64,000 nt of DNA from a virus (IMGVR_UViG_3300032234_000392:64001-128000), one strand, 5' to 3'; counted from the stretch's first letter, positions 10,162-20,164 are shown. Translations and numbers: made by a program. Notes: a model not told the origin generated them from the letters alone.

Positions 10162-10380
10162 TTATTTTTTAGAGTCTTTTAAACCCCATTGGATGTGTGC
10201 CCAAAGTCTATCGTACAGATAGTAGCTGGTCATCCAAACACAGTTGATAACGATTGTAGGAATCAGAGCCTGTGTTAGACTTTGACCAGTAATCAAAAGC
10301 ATGGCATAGGTCGAACATATTACCCAAATACGATAGATAATAGTTTTGACTAATGTTCTACGTCGAGTTTCTCGATTCAT
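10162..10380 (-). CDS. DUF2061-like small membrane protein
   Basis: ETRRRTLVKTIIYRI...YYLYDRLWAHIQWG pattern. Confidence 0.7.
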   Translation of the reverse strand: MNRETRRRTLVKTIIYRIWVICSTYAMLLITGQSLTQALIPTIVINCVWMTSYYLYDRLWAHIQWGLKDSKK

Positions 10381-10535
10381 CGTCCACGACCAGCTGCTTT
10401 CTTTGCTGGCCGATTAGTAGTGACTTGTCCGCCACCAATGCCCTTTTCGCCACCACCGGAACTTTTCTTACCCGGTTTTTGATTGGCTGCTTTTTTCTTT
10501 TCTAATGCTGCTTTTAAAACGTCCGATGCACTCAT
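10377..10535 (-). CDS. small basic Gly/Lys-rich protein (52 aa)
   Basis: Hand translation MSASDVLKAALEKKKAANQKPGKKSSGGG...GRGR; AAGGAG SD; ATGA overlap. Confidence 0.6.
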   Translation of the reverse strand: MSASDVLKAALEKKKAANQKPGKKSSGGGEKGIGGGQVTTNRPAKKAAGRGR

Positions 10536-10537
10536 AA

Positions 10538-11224
10538 TTACTCCTTAGAGATTAAGGTTTCAGCCATTGGAAATACTTTGGCAATGACTTTGGCACAGGC
10601 TATGGCTATTTCCTGATGTTCTTTTTGTGTACCGTTGCCTGAACGCAGTTCGATAAAGTGTACCCACGAACGTAATGTCCCATTCATGTATAGCCGACTA
10701 ACGGTATTGCCTTCCGGCAGAACTGCTCGAGCTTGTTCTTTGGCTATACCATTATTGACAGCCCACTCGTATGTGGATTTTGCGAGTGCAATGAGTTCTC
10801 GCTGTTTAGTAGCCCATTGTTCTTGTAAGTTCTGATCGCCAAGTGTTGCCTCGAGTTCAACGGAGTTCTGTCTATTTTTTGGGTCTTGCTTTCGTGCTGC
10901 TCTAACCACAAACGAGAGGTCTTTAGTAGGGTCAGCATATCGTTGGCTGAACTCTTGGAAACTAAAACTTCTGTGTCGCAAGATCTGTCGGGCAATGTCT
11001 CTGGTTGTGGTAATTTCGAGACAGGCTGATACCATCTCCAAGGGACTCCAGTGTGCGTGTTTAACAAGATATCGTATAAGCTTCTCTGATGTCTCTGTAT
11101 TGAGCTGGTTGCTTGGGTTGCTGACACGGGCGCAATACGCAATGAGTTCCTGCGCATCTGAGATACCCATATCGGTAAATTGTTCTGTTGGCTGTGAATA
11201 GGACAGTAAGCGTACATCCATCAT
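10538..11224 (-). CDS. thyX: flavin-dependent thymidylate synthase
   Basis: HWSPLE, RQILRHRSFSFQEFSQRY (RHRx7S motif), EQARAVLP. Confidence 0.95.
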   Translation of the reverse strand: MMDVRLLSYSQPTEQFTDMGISDAQELIAYCARVSNPSNQLNTETSEKLIRYLVKHAHWSPLEMVSACLEITTTRDIARQILRHRSFSFQEFSQRYADPTKDLSFVVRAARKQDPKNRQNSVELEATLGDQNLQEQWATKQRELIALAKSTYEWAVNNGIAKEQARAVLPEGNTVSRLYMNGTLRSWVHFIELRSGNGTQKEHQEIAIACAKVIAKVFPMAETLISKE

Positions 11225-11691
11225 TTTTCCTTTAGGATTTTCATTAATTTTTCTTTTTCAAGAAGGTCTTTTTCTAGTTCTATATATTGTTTACGTAATT
11301 CTTTTAACTGATCCCAACGGTCTTCTAGTTCTGGATTAGGATTTAGAATACCTAAACGTTCTTCAATTTTGTCAATAGCTTCACTTAAACTCTTACCACC
11401 AATTTTAATATCTCCGCCTTCTTTAATATTAACACCATTGGTATCAATTTTGACAGTAGCATCAGTAGTGCCCCAACTACCGTTAGTAGCTGTGGTATAA
11501 TTTTGATTCCACATTACAGTTGATGGAACAGTAATGCTTGTGTCGCCTGAATAAATTAAAGGATCTAAGGTTATTGTGTCACTGCCGGAACTGCCGCCAA
11601 TCCCTGCACCGGTGTTAAGGGTGTACGAAGATTGGCCGGCGCCTCCTAGACTGCTACCAAGAACGATTGTGTTATCGTCTTGATCGAGCAC
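11221..11691 (-). CDS. hypothetical protein (Ser/Thr/Gly-rich N-terminus, coiled-coil C-terminus)
   Basis: ORF track; likely GTG start at 11691. Confidence 0.6.
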   Translation of the reverse strand: MLDQDDNTIVLGSSLGGAGQSSYTLNTGAGIGGSSGSDTITLDPLIYSGDTSITVPSTVMWNQNYTTATNGSWGTTDATVKIDTNGVNIKEGGDIKIGGKSLSEAIDKIEERLGILNPNPELEDRWDQLKELRKQYIELEKDLLEKEKLMKILKEK

Positions 11692-11692
11692 T

Positions 11693-11887
11693 TTACGCTG
11701 CTTTGGCTTCTTTACGAGCATTCTTCTCTGCTGTGATTTCATTGCGGCGAGCTTTGATCAACTTGCCTGCTTCTGCTAGAGCTTTACGAGCACGAGTACC
11801 AGCGGCTGAATTGCCACTTGCAAACTTTGCATCTTCTGCTAGAAATGTATCCATTGCTGCTTTTAGTTGTTCTACTGTGTTTGACAT
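11693..11887 (-). CDS. histone H1-like (Hc1 family) DNA-binding protein
   Basis: KFASGNSAAGTRARKAL..K..K.RRNEI signature; AAAGGA SD. Confidence 0.75.
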   Translation of the reverse strand: MSNTVEQLKAAMDTFLAEDAKFASGNSAAGTRARKALAEAGKLIKARRNEITAEKNARKEAKAA

Positions 11888-11928
11888 AATGTTTCCTTTT
11901 GTTATGTGCATTTACTTATAAAAGTAAT

Positions 11929-12039
11929 TGGTGTGGTCGGTAGGTTTCGAACCTACAAAGGCTACGAACTACGTCAGCGCCCCTTCCCCTAACCGTGCTA
12001 TGGGCCCGGCGGGAGCTTTGCCAATTTGCTCACGACCAC
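11929..12039 (-). ncRNA. tRNA-like RNA with expanded, non-canonical anticodon arm (111 nt)
   Basis: Acceptor GTGGTCG/CGACCAC-A-CCA, D arm AGC-AAATTGGCAAA-GCT, T arm GTAGG-TTCGAAA-CCTAC, no 7-nt anticodon loop; own promoter TTGAAT-17-TATAAT at 12046-12074. Confidence 0.75.
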
Positions 12040-12143
12040 AAGTATATTATATAATCTTTGTAAAATTTATTCAACATATTTTTAATCATTATCTACACTA
12101 TACCACCAATAAATTGCATATATAACACAGCGCACGGAGAAAT

Positions 12144-12896
12144 ATGAATATTAACAAGTATGAATTTGGTATTTTAGGATACGGTTATGTTGGAAGAGCC
12201 ACACACTTTGGACTTCTAAAAAATCAACCTATTGCAATACACGACACAATATTAGGTACATCAATAACCAATTTAAAAGATTCAAAATTTATTTTTGTTT
12301 GTATCCCAACATCAACAGATAGCGACATTGATCTAATGATAGATACAATGAAATTATTGGTATCCCAAAACCCTCAATGTCAACTGATTGTTAGAAGCAC
12401 TCTTCCAATCGGTAGTTGTGCCAAAATTGAAAGTCAATTAGGTGTAAAGATTTTTTATATTCCAGAATTTTTAAGAGAGCGATTTTGGGAAGAGGACTGC
12501 CAACGACGTCCACTGATAGTTGGACATAACGGACTAATAATTCCCAAATGGTTATCGGTTGAACAACTTACAGAATGCTCTAACCAAGAAGCAGAGATGG
12601 TTAAAATGTTTTCTAACAATTTTGCATCAGTAAGAATTGCGTTTGCCAACTTATTTTATGATGTAGCTCAACAACTTGGCGCAGACTATGATCATATTAA
12701 AACAATGTATTCTAGTGTAGCACACGATCAAACTTATATGGAAGTTCCAGGGCATGACGGAACAAGAGGATTTGGTGGAAAATGCTTGCCTAAAGATTTA
12801 GATTTTATGATTGATACTTTAGATTTTCACAACATAGACAGTCAATGGTTTAAAAATATACGAGAATTAAACAAAAAATGGCAAAAAAAGTTTTAG
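12144..12896 (+). CDS. UDP-glucose/GDP-mannose dehydrogenase family protein (short form)
   Basis: GILGYGYVG, FVCIPT, RSTLPIG, PEFLRE, AEMVK, GFGGKCLPKD. Confidence 0.85.
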   Translation: MNINKYEFGILGYGYVGRATHFGLLKNQPIAIHDTILGTSITNLKDSKFIFVCIPTSTDSDIDLMIDTMKLLVSQNPQCQLIVRSTLPIGSCAKIESQLGVKIFYIPEFLRERFWEEDCQRRPLIVGHNGLIIPKWLSVEQLTECSNQEAEMVKMFSNNFASVRIAFANLFYDVAQQLGADYDHIKTMYSSVAHDQTYMEVPGHDGTRGFGGKCLPKDLDFMIDTLDFHNIDSQWFKNIRELNKKWQKKF

Positions 12897-13750
12897 TCAC
12901 TGGCGCCTCTGGATTAATAGGGAGAGAACTTTGCAAACAGTTGTCTTTAAATTTTACAGTTGTTGGAGTTGATAATGGTTTTCGATATCCGAAAAGCGAA
13001 TCTTCTTTTGAAATCATTCAACAAAATTTAATAGACTATTTGCAAATAACAAAAAACGATTTTGATTTTGTTTTTCACATGAGTGCAATTAACGGAACAA
13101 AATATTTTTATGACATTCCTACTCAGCTAATCGAAAACAATATAACATCTGATCTTGCTGTATTTAATTTTATGCAAAAAAATCCGAACAGCAAATTAAT
13201 CTATGCTAGTAGCAGTGAAATTGTTGCCGGTACTATTGAAATTCCAACCCCAGAACTGGTCGATGTGCATATTGAGAATATACACAATCCACGATGGAGT
13301 TATAGATTAACAAAAATGTTGTCGGAAAATTATTTGATGAACAGTCAAATAAATTTTTTGATTATTAGATTTTTTAATGTGTTCGGAAAACACTCAGGTA
13401 CTGGACATTTTATCAAAGACATAATTGATAAAATACACAATGAAGACTATTCATTAATTGGTGCTAACGAAACTAGATCATTTTGCAGAGTTGAGGATGC
13501 AGTTGATGCAGTTATACATATACATGATCGAGTATCAAGAGAGATAGTTAATGTTGGTAGCGACGAAGAAATTTCAGTTTTAGATGCTGCCAACATTATT
13601 GCTCAACAAAAAAATAAAACGGTTAACTGGAAGTTGATAGATTCTAAGTTAGGTAGCGTTGTAAGGCGGAATCCCTCTCTAAAAAAATTATTAAAATATT
13701 ATCCAACATTTAAACCAAAACGTTTTAAAGATTCGGTCGCTGATCTATGA
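12878..13750 (+). CDS. NAD-dependent epimerase/dehydratase (UDP-GlcA decarboxylase-like)
   Basis: VTGASGLIG, YASSSE, YxxxK (YRLTK), RFFNVFG, TRSFC. Confidence 0.85.
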   Translation: MAKKVLVTGASGLIGRELCKQLSLNFTVVGVDNGFRYPKSESSFEIIQQNLIDYLQITKNDFDFVFHMSAINGTKYFYDIPTQLIENNITSDLAVFNFMQKNPNSKLIYASSSEIVAGTIEIPTPELVDVHIENIHNPRWSYRLTKMLSENYLMNSQINFLIIRFFNVFGKHSGTGHFIKDIIDKIHNEDYSLIGANETRSFCRVEDAVDAVIHIHDRVSREIVNVGSDEEISVLDAANIIAQQKNKTVNWKLIDSKLGSVVRRNPSLKKLLKYYPTFKPKRFKDSVADL

Positions 13751-14733
13751 CAGATTTTCAATCAATTCCTTTTTCACAGATAGTTCGATTCGGGCAACAG
13801 ACCATGTTGAATCGACCATTATTTTCCACCAGTTGGATACTTGGAAGATTTTGTAATTATAATTGTTCATATTGTTGGCCCTATGCTCGAACCGACGTAC
13901 CTGATTATCAATCGTTGAACACTTATAAACACACCATAGACCAAATAAAACATCAAGCTCGACAAAATGGATTTACTGAATTTCACTGGAGTTTTAGTGG
14001 AGGCGAACCTACTGCCTACAAAGAACTAATTAATCTAATTAAACACCTAGATGACGGTGTCCAAACTCCGTACCAAAGTGTACACATGACTACCAATCTT
14101 AGTCCTAGCAGAAAATGGTGGAAAAATTGGTTAGATGCAACTGCACTATTACAACGTAGAAGTATTACAGCCAGCTTCCATGACGAGTTTGCTCGAGAGC
14201 AAGAGTTTGGAGACAAGTGTCTGCAATTGATATATGATAATGTACACGTGACGATTAATCAAGTTATGGTACCTGAAAAGTTTTATGAACTATATGATAG
14301 AATGACCCGGCTACATAATCGTGGTATTAATATTACTCTCAAGCCCCAAAGCGATCCTACAGCCAGCAGCATTGTCAGCGGTTATACAGAAGATATGATA
14401 CACCTTATGAAGACAGGATTTCCACAACAATCAAAGGGAGAAGATGTCTACCAAATTGCACTGTACGACGCAAACAATACAGAATATCTATTTGATCAAG
14501 CCGAAAGATTTAATGCATTCGGGTTCAATCGTTTTACTGATTGGTCTTGCAATGCTGGCTATCAAAGTGTTATAATAAGAGGTGCTGAAGTTAAAAGATC
14601 TTATAGTTGTCACGATCAACCTCTCGGTACATTAACTCAAGGATTTAATCTGTTTACTCAGCCAGTGGTATGCTCTACGCCTAGTTGTGTTAGTTCAGCA
14701 GATTCTAAGATACCAAAATGCAAGTTGACCTAA
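13747..14733 (+). CDS. radical SAM protein
   Basis: CNYNCSYC, SGGEPT, C-terminal Cys cluster (CNAG...C...CSTPSC). Confidence 0.9.
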   Translation: MTDFQSIPFSQIVRFGQQTMLNRPLFSTSWILGRFCNYNCSYCWPYARTDVPDYQSLNTYKHTIDQIKHQARQNGFTEFHWSFSGGEPTAYKELINLIKHLDDGVQTPYQSVHMTTNLSPSRKWWKNWLDATALLQRRSITASFHDEFAREQEFGDKCLQLIYDNVHVTINQVMVPEKFYELYDRMTRLHNRGINITLKPQSDPTASSIVSGYTEDMIHLMKTGFPQQSKGEDVYQIALYDANNTEYLFDQAERFNAFGFNRFTDWSCNAGYQSVIIRGAEVKRSYSCHDQPLGTLTQGFNLFTQPVVCSTPSCVSSADSKIPKCKLT

Positions 14734-15311
14734 CTCATATATTATTCTGGATGGATGCTATTCGCAATAGCCAAGATCCCAAACGGACATTAGAATCATT
14801 TTGGAAAGGGCAGATTCAAAGTAAAGAGTGGCTATTAGATAATTTGTGCCCTCGACTCCCTTATAATGCTTCAATTGATATTCACGGTGGTTGGAATGGT
14901 GTGCTGGCTAGCTTACTTTTTCAAAAGGTTAAAGATATCAAGAATATTCGCAGTCTAGATATAGATCCCGCTTGTGAAGAAATTGCCTCTACAATGAACA
15001 AGCTGGAAGAAATGCAAGGAAGATTCCATGCTATAACTGCTGACATGTGTGCTGTTCGATCAGACGCCGATGTTATTATCAATACCAGTTGTGAACATAT
15101 TACACAAGAACAATACGATCTGTGGATAAGTGGTGTTCCCTACAACAGTTTAATCGTGTTGCAGAGTAATAATTACGACATTGAAGAACATGTAAGAATT
15201 GCAAATAGTTTAGAACATTTTGTAGAACAGAGCCAATTAGAAGTAAGATGGGCAGGTGAACTTAAACTGCCGTTATACACACGATATATGATTATAGGAA
15301 CACATAAATGA
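14718..15311 (+). CDS. class I SAM-dependent methyltransferase-like protein
   Basis: IHGGWNGVLA, SLDIDP, IINTSCEH, RYMIIG. Confidence 0.65.
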   Translation: MQVDLTHILFWMDAIRNSQDPKRTLESFWKGQIQSKEWLLDNLCPRLPYNASIDIHGGWNGVLASLLFQKVKDIKNIRSLDIDPACEEIASTMNKLEEMQGRFHAITADMCAVRSDADVIINTSCEHITQEQYDLWISGVPYNSLIVLQSNNYDIEEHVRIANSLEHFVEQSQLEVRWAGELKLPLYTRYMIIGTHK

Positions 15312-16147
15312 CACAACGAATTTTAATTATGGGATTGCCTGGGTCGGGTAAAACCACACTAGCAGAAGCACTCAAAAAGTATCTAGAACAACACGGAACC
15401 ATGAATACTTTTGCTGCTGAACAATTACCACTCACAGGATTTGGTGCTCAAGTGACCTGGTTCAATGCTGATGACATACGTCGCAAGTACAATGACTGGG
15501 ACTTCAGCAATGATGGTCGTATTCGTCAAAGTATGAGAATGTTTCAGTTTAGTATAGAGGCAGGTGGCGACTATGTTATTTGTGACTTTGTTGCTCCACT
15601 AGTAGAAATGCGTAATAATTTTAAAGCTGATTGGACTATATGGGTAGATACTATCCGTGAAGGTCGCTATGCCGACACGAATGCGGCCTTTGTCGAGCCC
15701 GAAGTATATGACTTCCGAGTCACAGAACAAAATGCAGAAAAGTGGGCAGAATTTATTGGCGAGCATATTATAGAAAATCGTCGCCGGCCTACGTTTGATT
15801 GGAAGAAAGAAACAGTACAGATGTTAGGTCGCTGGCAACCGTGGCATGATGGACATCGTGCATTGTTTGAAAGACTAATAGCACGTACAGGACAAGTGGT
15901 TATTCAAATACGTGATGTGCAAGGATGGCAAGGTAGCAATCCATTCGAAGTGGCAAAAGTCAAGGCATTCATTCGTCGAGACCTAGACCCAATCTATCAA
16001 GGACAATATGAAATACAAGTAGTTCCAAATATTGTACACATCGGTTGGGGCAGAGGAGTAGGATATACCAGTGGCGAGGAAACATTCGATGAAACAATTA
16101 CAGATATTAGTGCTACAAAGATTCGTAAGGAACTGGGTCTAAAGTGA
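15308..16147 (+). CDS. adenylylsulfate-kinase-like P-loop domain fused to HxGH nucleotidyltransferase
   Basis: GLPGSGKTT, FNADDIR, VICDFVAP; C-terminal LGRWQPWHDGH...ISATKIR. Confidence 0.8.
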   Translation: MTQRILIMGLPGSGKTTLAEALKKYLEQHGTMNTFAAEQLPLTGFGAQVTWFNADDIRRKYNDWDFSNDGRIRQSMRMFQFSIEAGGDYVICDFVAPLVEMRNNFKADWTIWVDTIREGRYADTNAAFVEPEVYDFRVTEQNAEKWAEFIGEHIIENRRRPTFDWKKETVQMLGRWQPWHDGHRALFERLIARTGQVVIQIRDVQGWQGSNPFEVAKVKAFIRRDLDPIYQGQYEIQVVPNIVHIGWGRGVGYTSGEETFDETITDISATKIRKELGLK

Positions 16148-16356
16148 ACAAATATCACATTAGATTTAATACACAACACAATGGATCGGGTCTGTGCTGG
16201 CGTATTTTTGAAAATGGGCAAGAACATTTGGTACGCAGTTTTAAGATAACTGCAACTACCTTTGATGAAATTACTGTAGAAAACGGTGTAGAAAAATGGA
16301 ATCTGTGTTGTCACGGATACATGACTATTATCGACAATCATGCAATAATTAGATAG
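16144..16356 (+). CDS. hypothetical protein
   Basis: GTGA-coupled small ORF. Confidence 0.6.
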   Translation: MNKYHIRFNTQHNGSGLCWRIFENGQEHLVRSFKITATTFDEITVENGVEKWNLCCHGYMTIIDNHAIIR

Positions 16357-16369
16357 GGAAGGTATTAAA

Positions 16370-17128
16370 ATGCAAAATTTAATATTTTCTACAACCAGTA
16401 AAGAAATAAAAAAACTTAATTTTATTAGAACAGATCCCGATATTGACAGTGATTTTTATGGAACTGATACTAAAAAGTTATTTGAAACAAATTTAAAAAC
16501 TCAAAGTGATACATGGCTCTATAGAACACAACCAGTAAACTATTCAGTCAATTCAGATGGATATAGAACAAAAGAGTTTAAAATGATTGATTGGGCTAAT
16601 TCGATAGTTGTGTTTGGATGTTCGGTAGTTTTCGGTACAGGTGTTGATAACCAACACACTATACCAGCAATGATTGAACAGCAATCTGGAATACCTACAA
16701 TTAATATGGGAATAGGCGGATCCTCGATGATGGCCTCTTTTCATAATTCTCTAATACTAAATCAAAGATACCCAACTCCTCTAGCAATAGTTCATTTGTG
16801 GACTGATTATTCTAGAACAGTTTATTACTATAAAAAATATGTAGAACATTACGGAGCTTGGGATATTAAAGATAATAATTACATACATCATTGGAACAAG
16901 GATGAAGAACACGCTAAATGTCAAGCATTGTTCGTACAAATGGCTAGCCAACAAATATGGAATGGGCGTACAAAATACTATGAAGCTAGTCTATTTTCAG
17001 CAACACAAAAATTATTAGGTTGCGACAAAATAAATGACAGATACGACAAAGCAAGAGATTTAATGCATAACGGCATCGAAACAAATAAAAATGCAGCTAA
17101 ACAAATTTTAGATAATTTGGAACTATAA
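16370..17128 (+). CDS. SGNH-hydrolase-like protein
   Basis: VNSDGYR, FGCSVVFGTGV, NMGIGGSS, DLMH. Confidence 0.6.
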   Translation: MQNLIFSTTSKEIKKLNFIRTDPDIDSDFYGTDTKKLFETNLKTQSDTWLYRTQPVNYSVNSDGYRTKEFKMIDWANSIVVFGCSVVFGTGVDNQHTIPAMIEQQSGIPTINMGIGGSSMMASFHNSLILNQRYPTPLAIVHLWTDYSRTVYYYKKYVEHYGAWDIKDNNYIHHWNKDEEHAKCQALFVQMASQQIWNGRTKYYEASLFSATQKLLGCDKINDRYDKARDLMHNGIETNKNAAKQILDNLEL

Positions 17129-17476
17129 ATGCAACGATGTTCGATTAAAATTTCTAATTTAAATGTAAATTACCAAGACTACAAAGAATTTGATTCTGCA
17201 GTTGAAGAAATTCTGTTATCAAAATATGGTGAAGAATTTATTTTTGATTTTGACGTATGGTGGAGACAATCTAGCATCGATTATAGAGTAAAAAATTATT
17301 CGCTGCATTCAAAAAATTGGGACCCTAAATCAAAATCATCTATAATTATTTGGGAAACTCCTAACCAAATAACACCGTTCGTAAATTATTTTTTTAATCA
17401 CAAAATGTTTTTAAAATTTAAAAATGCACTAGAAGAAAAAGAGTGGATTGTTAGCGAAACAATTATTGAAATATGA
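17129..17476 (+). CDS. hypothetical protein
   Basis: AT-rich ORF coupled to neighbours. Confidence 0.55.
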   Translation: MQRCSIKISNLNVNYQDYKEFDSAVEEILLSKYGEEFIFDFDVWWRQSSIDYRVKNYSLHSKNWDPKSKSSIIIWETPNQITPFVNYFFNHKMFLKFKNALEEKEWIVSETIIEI

Positions 17477-18099
17477 AACCAGTAATGTTATATACTTTAC
17501 CAAGAACAAGAGCTACGGTACTTTTTTATGGGTGTCGTAGAGCTATTGTTAAAGACGAAGTTTTTTCTTCTACTAATTTAGATTTAAATGCTGATAGTAT
17601 TAGAAAAGCGTTCTATAAAATTGAAGATCCAAATACTGTATTAAAAATACACGGAGCACATATTAGCAGATCATCGATTGTGCAAGAATGGTACAGCAAA
17701 TCTTTAGATTCTAAAACATATGACATATTTGTAGTTGAACGCCCAGATAGACTAAACACATTTCTAAGTCTTATTCTTGCAGAAAAATTTGGATATATTA
17801 AAGCAGAAGAAATTGATCCTTTTGAATTTTTCGTAACTGAAAATGACATAGAAAAAATTAAAGATGAAATAGATCACTATCTCAAATACTATCCAACTTA
17901 TGGTACGATAGTTAATTTAAAAAATTATCCTCAAGATTATTTTGATCCGTTATTAATGAATACCAACGATCAAGAAAGTTATAAAAAATATCAATATATT
18001 AAAAACTTTAACTGGACGGTAGACCAAATACAAAAGATTTTAACATCCGTCGAAACTAAATGGCAACAAAAAATTAACAACTTAAATACACACATATGA
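17473..18099 (+). CDS. sulfotransferase-like protein
   Basis: N-terminal LPRTRAT (5'-PSB-like), VLKIH, ER...FLS (3'-PB-like). Confidence 0.45.
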   Translation: MKPVMLYTLPRTRATVLFYGCRRAIVKDEVFSSTNLDLNADSIRKAFYKIEDPNTVLKIHGAHISRSSIVQEWYSKSLDSKTYDIFVVERPDRLNTFLSLILAEKFGYIKAEEIDPFEFFVTENDIEKIKDEIDHYLKYYPTYGTIVNLKNYPQDYFDPLLMNTNDQESYKKYQYIKNFNWTVDQIQKILTSVETKWQQKINNLNTHI

Positions 18100-18920
18100 T
18101 AGAATACGGAATAGTTAAATGGTTTAATGATGCTAAGGATTATGGATTTATACTATCTGACAAAGATGGATCCTCTATCCTAGCAGAAAAGTGGAACATA
18201 AAAGCAGACCCTCAGGTACTGTTTGAACTTCAGCAGGTTTCTTTTGAAAGAATAGAAACAGAAGAAGGTAGTAAAGCTATCAACATTAATATACTTTCAT
18301 CGGTGATTGAACACAAACATTTAGCCATGCCAAGAATAAGTGTTTTCGACAATCTGTTGCCTATAGAGGTATGTAATAGTATTATTGAAAGACATTCTAG
18401 AAACGGAATGAATCCTAATTCGGGAAAACAATCTAGACAAGAATCTTTTCAACAGGTAACAGAATTGGTAGAAAATAGAGGTATCAGTCTAGGAGTAGAT
18501 CCCTATCATTATGATATACTAGCAACAGCTATTGTTAACTCTGCTAAAATTCCTTATAGTCACATAGAAGCTATTGATATCTATAACTATCCAGTGGGTA
18601 ATTATTTAGATTTGCATCACGACTATCCATACGATCCAAAACAAATTAACTATTATAGATATGGCGGAGATAGAGTAGGCACAGGAATCTTCTTTTTGAA
18701 CGACGACTTTGTAGGAGGACAAACAGCCTTTCCAAAATTAAATGTTGAAATTCAGCCCAAGGCTGGATCCTTTTTATATTTTGAACAAGGGTATGATGAA
18801 GCCACTAACTGGAGCACCATTCATGAAAGCAGAAAAATTACTCAAGGATGTAAGTGGATCGCCAGTTGTTTCTTTAGTGATCAACCTAGAGTAGGATACA
18901 AGGTAAGAGACTTTGACTGA
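18096..18920 (+). CDS. cold-shock domain fused to prolyl-4-hydroxylase-like Fe/2OG oxygenase
   Basis: GIVKWFNDAKDYGFI; HHD, FLNDDFVGGQTAFP, IHES, KWIA. Confidence 0.85.
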   Translation: MIEYGIVKWFNDAKDYGFILSDKDGSSILAEKWNIKADPQVLFELQQVSFERIETEEGSKAININILSSVIEHKHLAMPRISVFDNLLPIEVCNSIIERHSRNGMNPNSGKQSRQESFQQVTELVENRGISLGVDPYHYDILATAIVNSAKIPYSHIEAIDIYNYPVGNYLDLHHDYPYDPKQINYYRYGGDRVGTGIFFLNDDFVGGQTAFPKLNVEIQPKAGSFLYFEQGYDEATNWSTIHESRKITQGCKWIASCFFSDQPRVGYKVRDFD

Positions 18921-19605
18921 TATTAGTAATTGGATTCCTTTTTTAAAAATAGACGAAGATGGCTCGAGATGTATGTCTCAGCAAACCTACGAACCGTTGT
19001 TTAATCCAGAACGCACTATATTTTGTGCCAATTATGATTGGGCCAACAAATATCAACGACAAGAAGATCCTAACAGAACGTTATATACTCCCGCAGTAAC
19101 TGATTGGTTCTTTGATAATGAAATACATAACTTATTAAAGTATAAAGATAAGACTTACACTCCTAATATTATAGACATCGACTATAACGCAAAACAGATA
19201 TTTTTTGAATGGCAGGGCGAAACCTGTAATGAAATTATCTACGGCGGTAAAAACTTAGATAATTACTGTAATAATTGGAAAGAACAACTTCGGTATATAA
19301 TGACAGATCTTTACAATACCGGAACATATAAATTGACTATGTATCCACATTGTCATTTTATACAGGAAGGTCAAATGAAAACAATAGACTGGTATGGATG
19401 CGTTCCAGTTGAACATCCATTTATCAATGCAGAATATATGGATGGAATTATTCACGAATCGGCTAAATTTAGATTGGCTGAAACCGGAGCTATTATTAAC
19501 AATCAGTATAATTTAGAAATTATGTTTCAACGTTCTATGCAAGAACACGTGAAATGGGGAGACTCTACAATGGAATATATCTACAAGGAAATTTTTAATG
19601 CCTAA
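18913..19605 (+). CDS. protein-kinase/APH-fold-like protein (paralog of 31239-31931)
   Basis: WFDNE, YKLTMYPHCHF...MKTIDWY resembling catalytic loop and DFG region. Confidence 0.45.
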   Translation: MTDISNWIPFLKIDEDGSRCMSQQTYEPLFNPERTIFCANYDWANKYQRQEDPNRTLYTPAVTDWFFDNEIHNLLKYKDKTYTPNIIDIDYNAKQIFFEWQGETCNEIIYGGKNLDNYCNNWKEQLRYIMTDLYNTGTYKLTMYPHCHFIQEGQMKTIDWYGCVPVEHPFINAEYMDGIIHESAKFRLAETGAIINNQYNLEIMFQRSMQEHVKWGDSTMEYIYKEIFNA

Positions 19606-20164
19606 CCGCATTGGTTCTACTAATGGGTTAATTGATTGGGACAATATTATAAAAAATATTGTGCCTCGTAGCGGAGATTATAACAGTCCTAGTACTGTCA
19701 CAGATCGAGTTAAAGATGATCCTAAGGTGAATCTTGGATATTACAAAGATATAATGGATACTTGGGAGAAAGCCAACTATAATTTTAAAAATATTGAATG
19801 GTGGGATTACTATCCGGGAGAACATTTCAACAGCAGTATACAAGATATATTTGCTAATATAGTCAACGCAGATCCTAAACGTGTATTCATTTCTGAAGTT
19901 ATGCCTGGCCAGTGTGTTCCGTATCATTGGGATGTAGAGGACAACGAAGATGAATGGCTAACACAGGGTAATCTTGTACGCTACGTCTGTTTTATAGATA
20001 AACCAAAATTTGCTCATGCATTTATGCTAGGTAATGAATGCTTTTGTAATATAGAACAAGGTGAAATATATCAATGGGATCATTATAGAGATTACCATGC
20101 TGGAACTAATGCTGGACAAAGTCCTTATTATCTTTTTCATTTTTTAGGAATCTCTAATGATTAA
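19598..20164 (+). CDS. Fe/2OG-type (AspH-like) oxygenase
   Basis: PGQCVPYHWD...YHAGTN (HxD...H). Confidence 0.7.
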   Translation: MPNRIGSTNGLIDWDNIIKNIVPRSGDYNSPSTVTDRVKDDPKVNLGYYKDIMDTWEKANYNFKNIEWWDYYPGEHFNSSIQDIFANIVNADPKRVFISEVMPGQCVPYHWDVEDNEDEWLTQGNLVRYVCFIDKPKFAHAFMLGNECFCNIEQGEIYQWDHYRDYHAGTNAGQSPYYLFHFLGISND

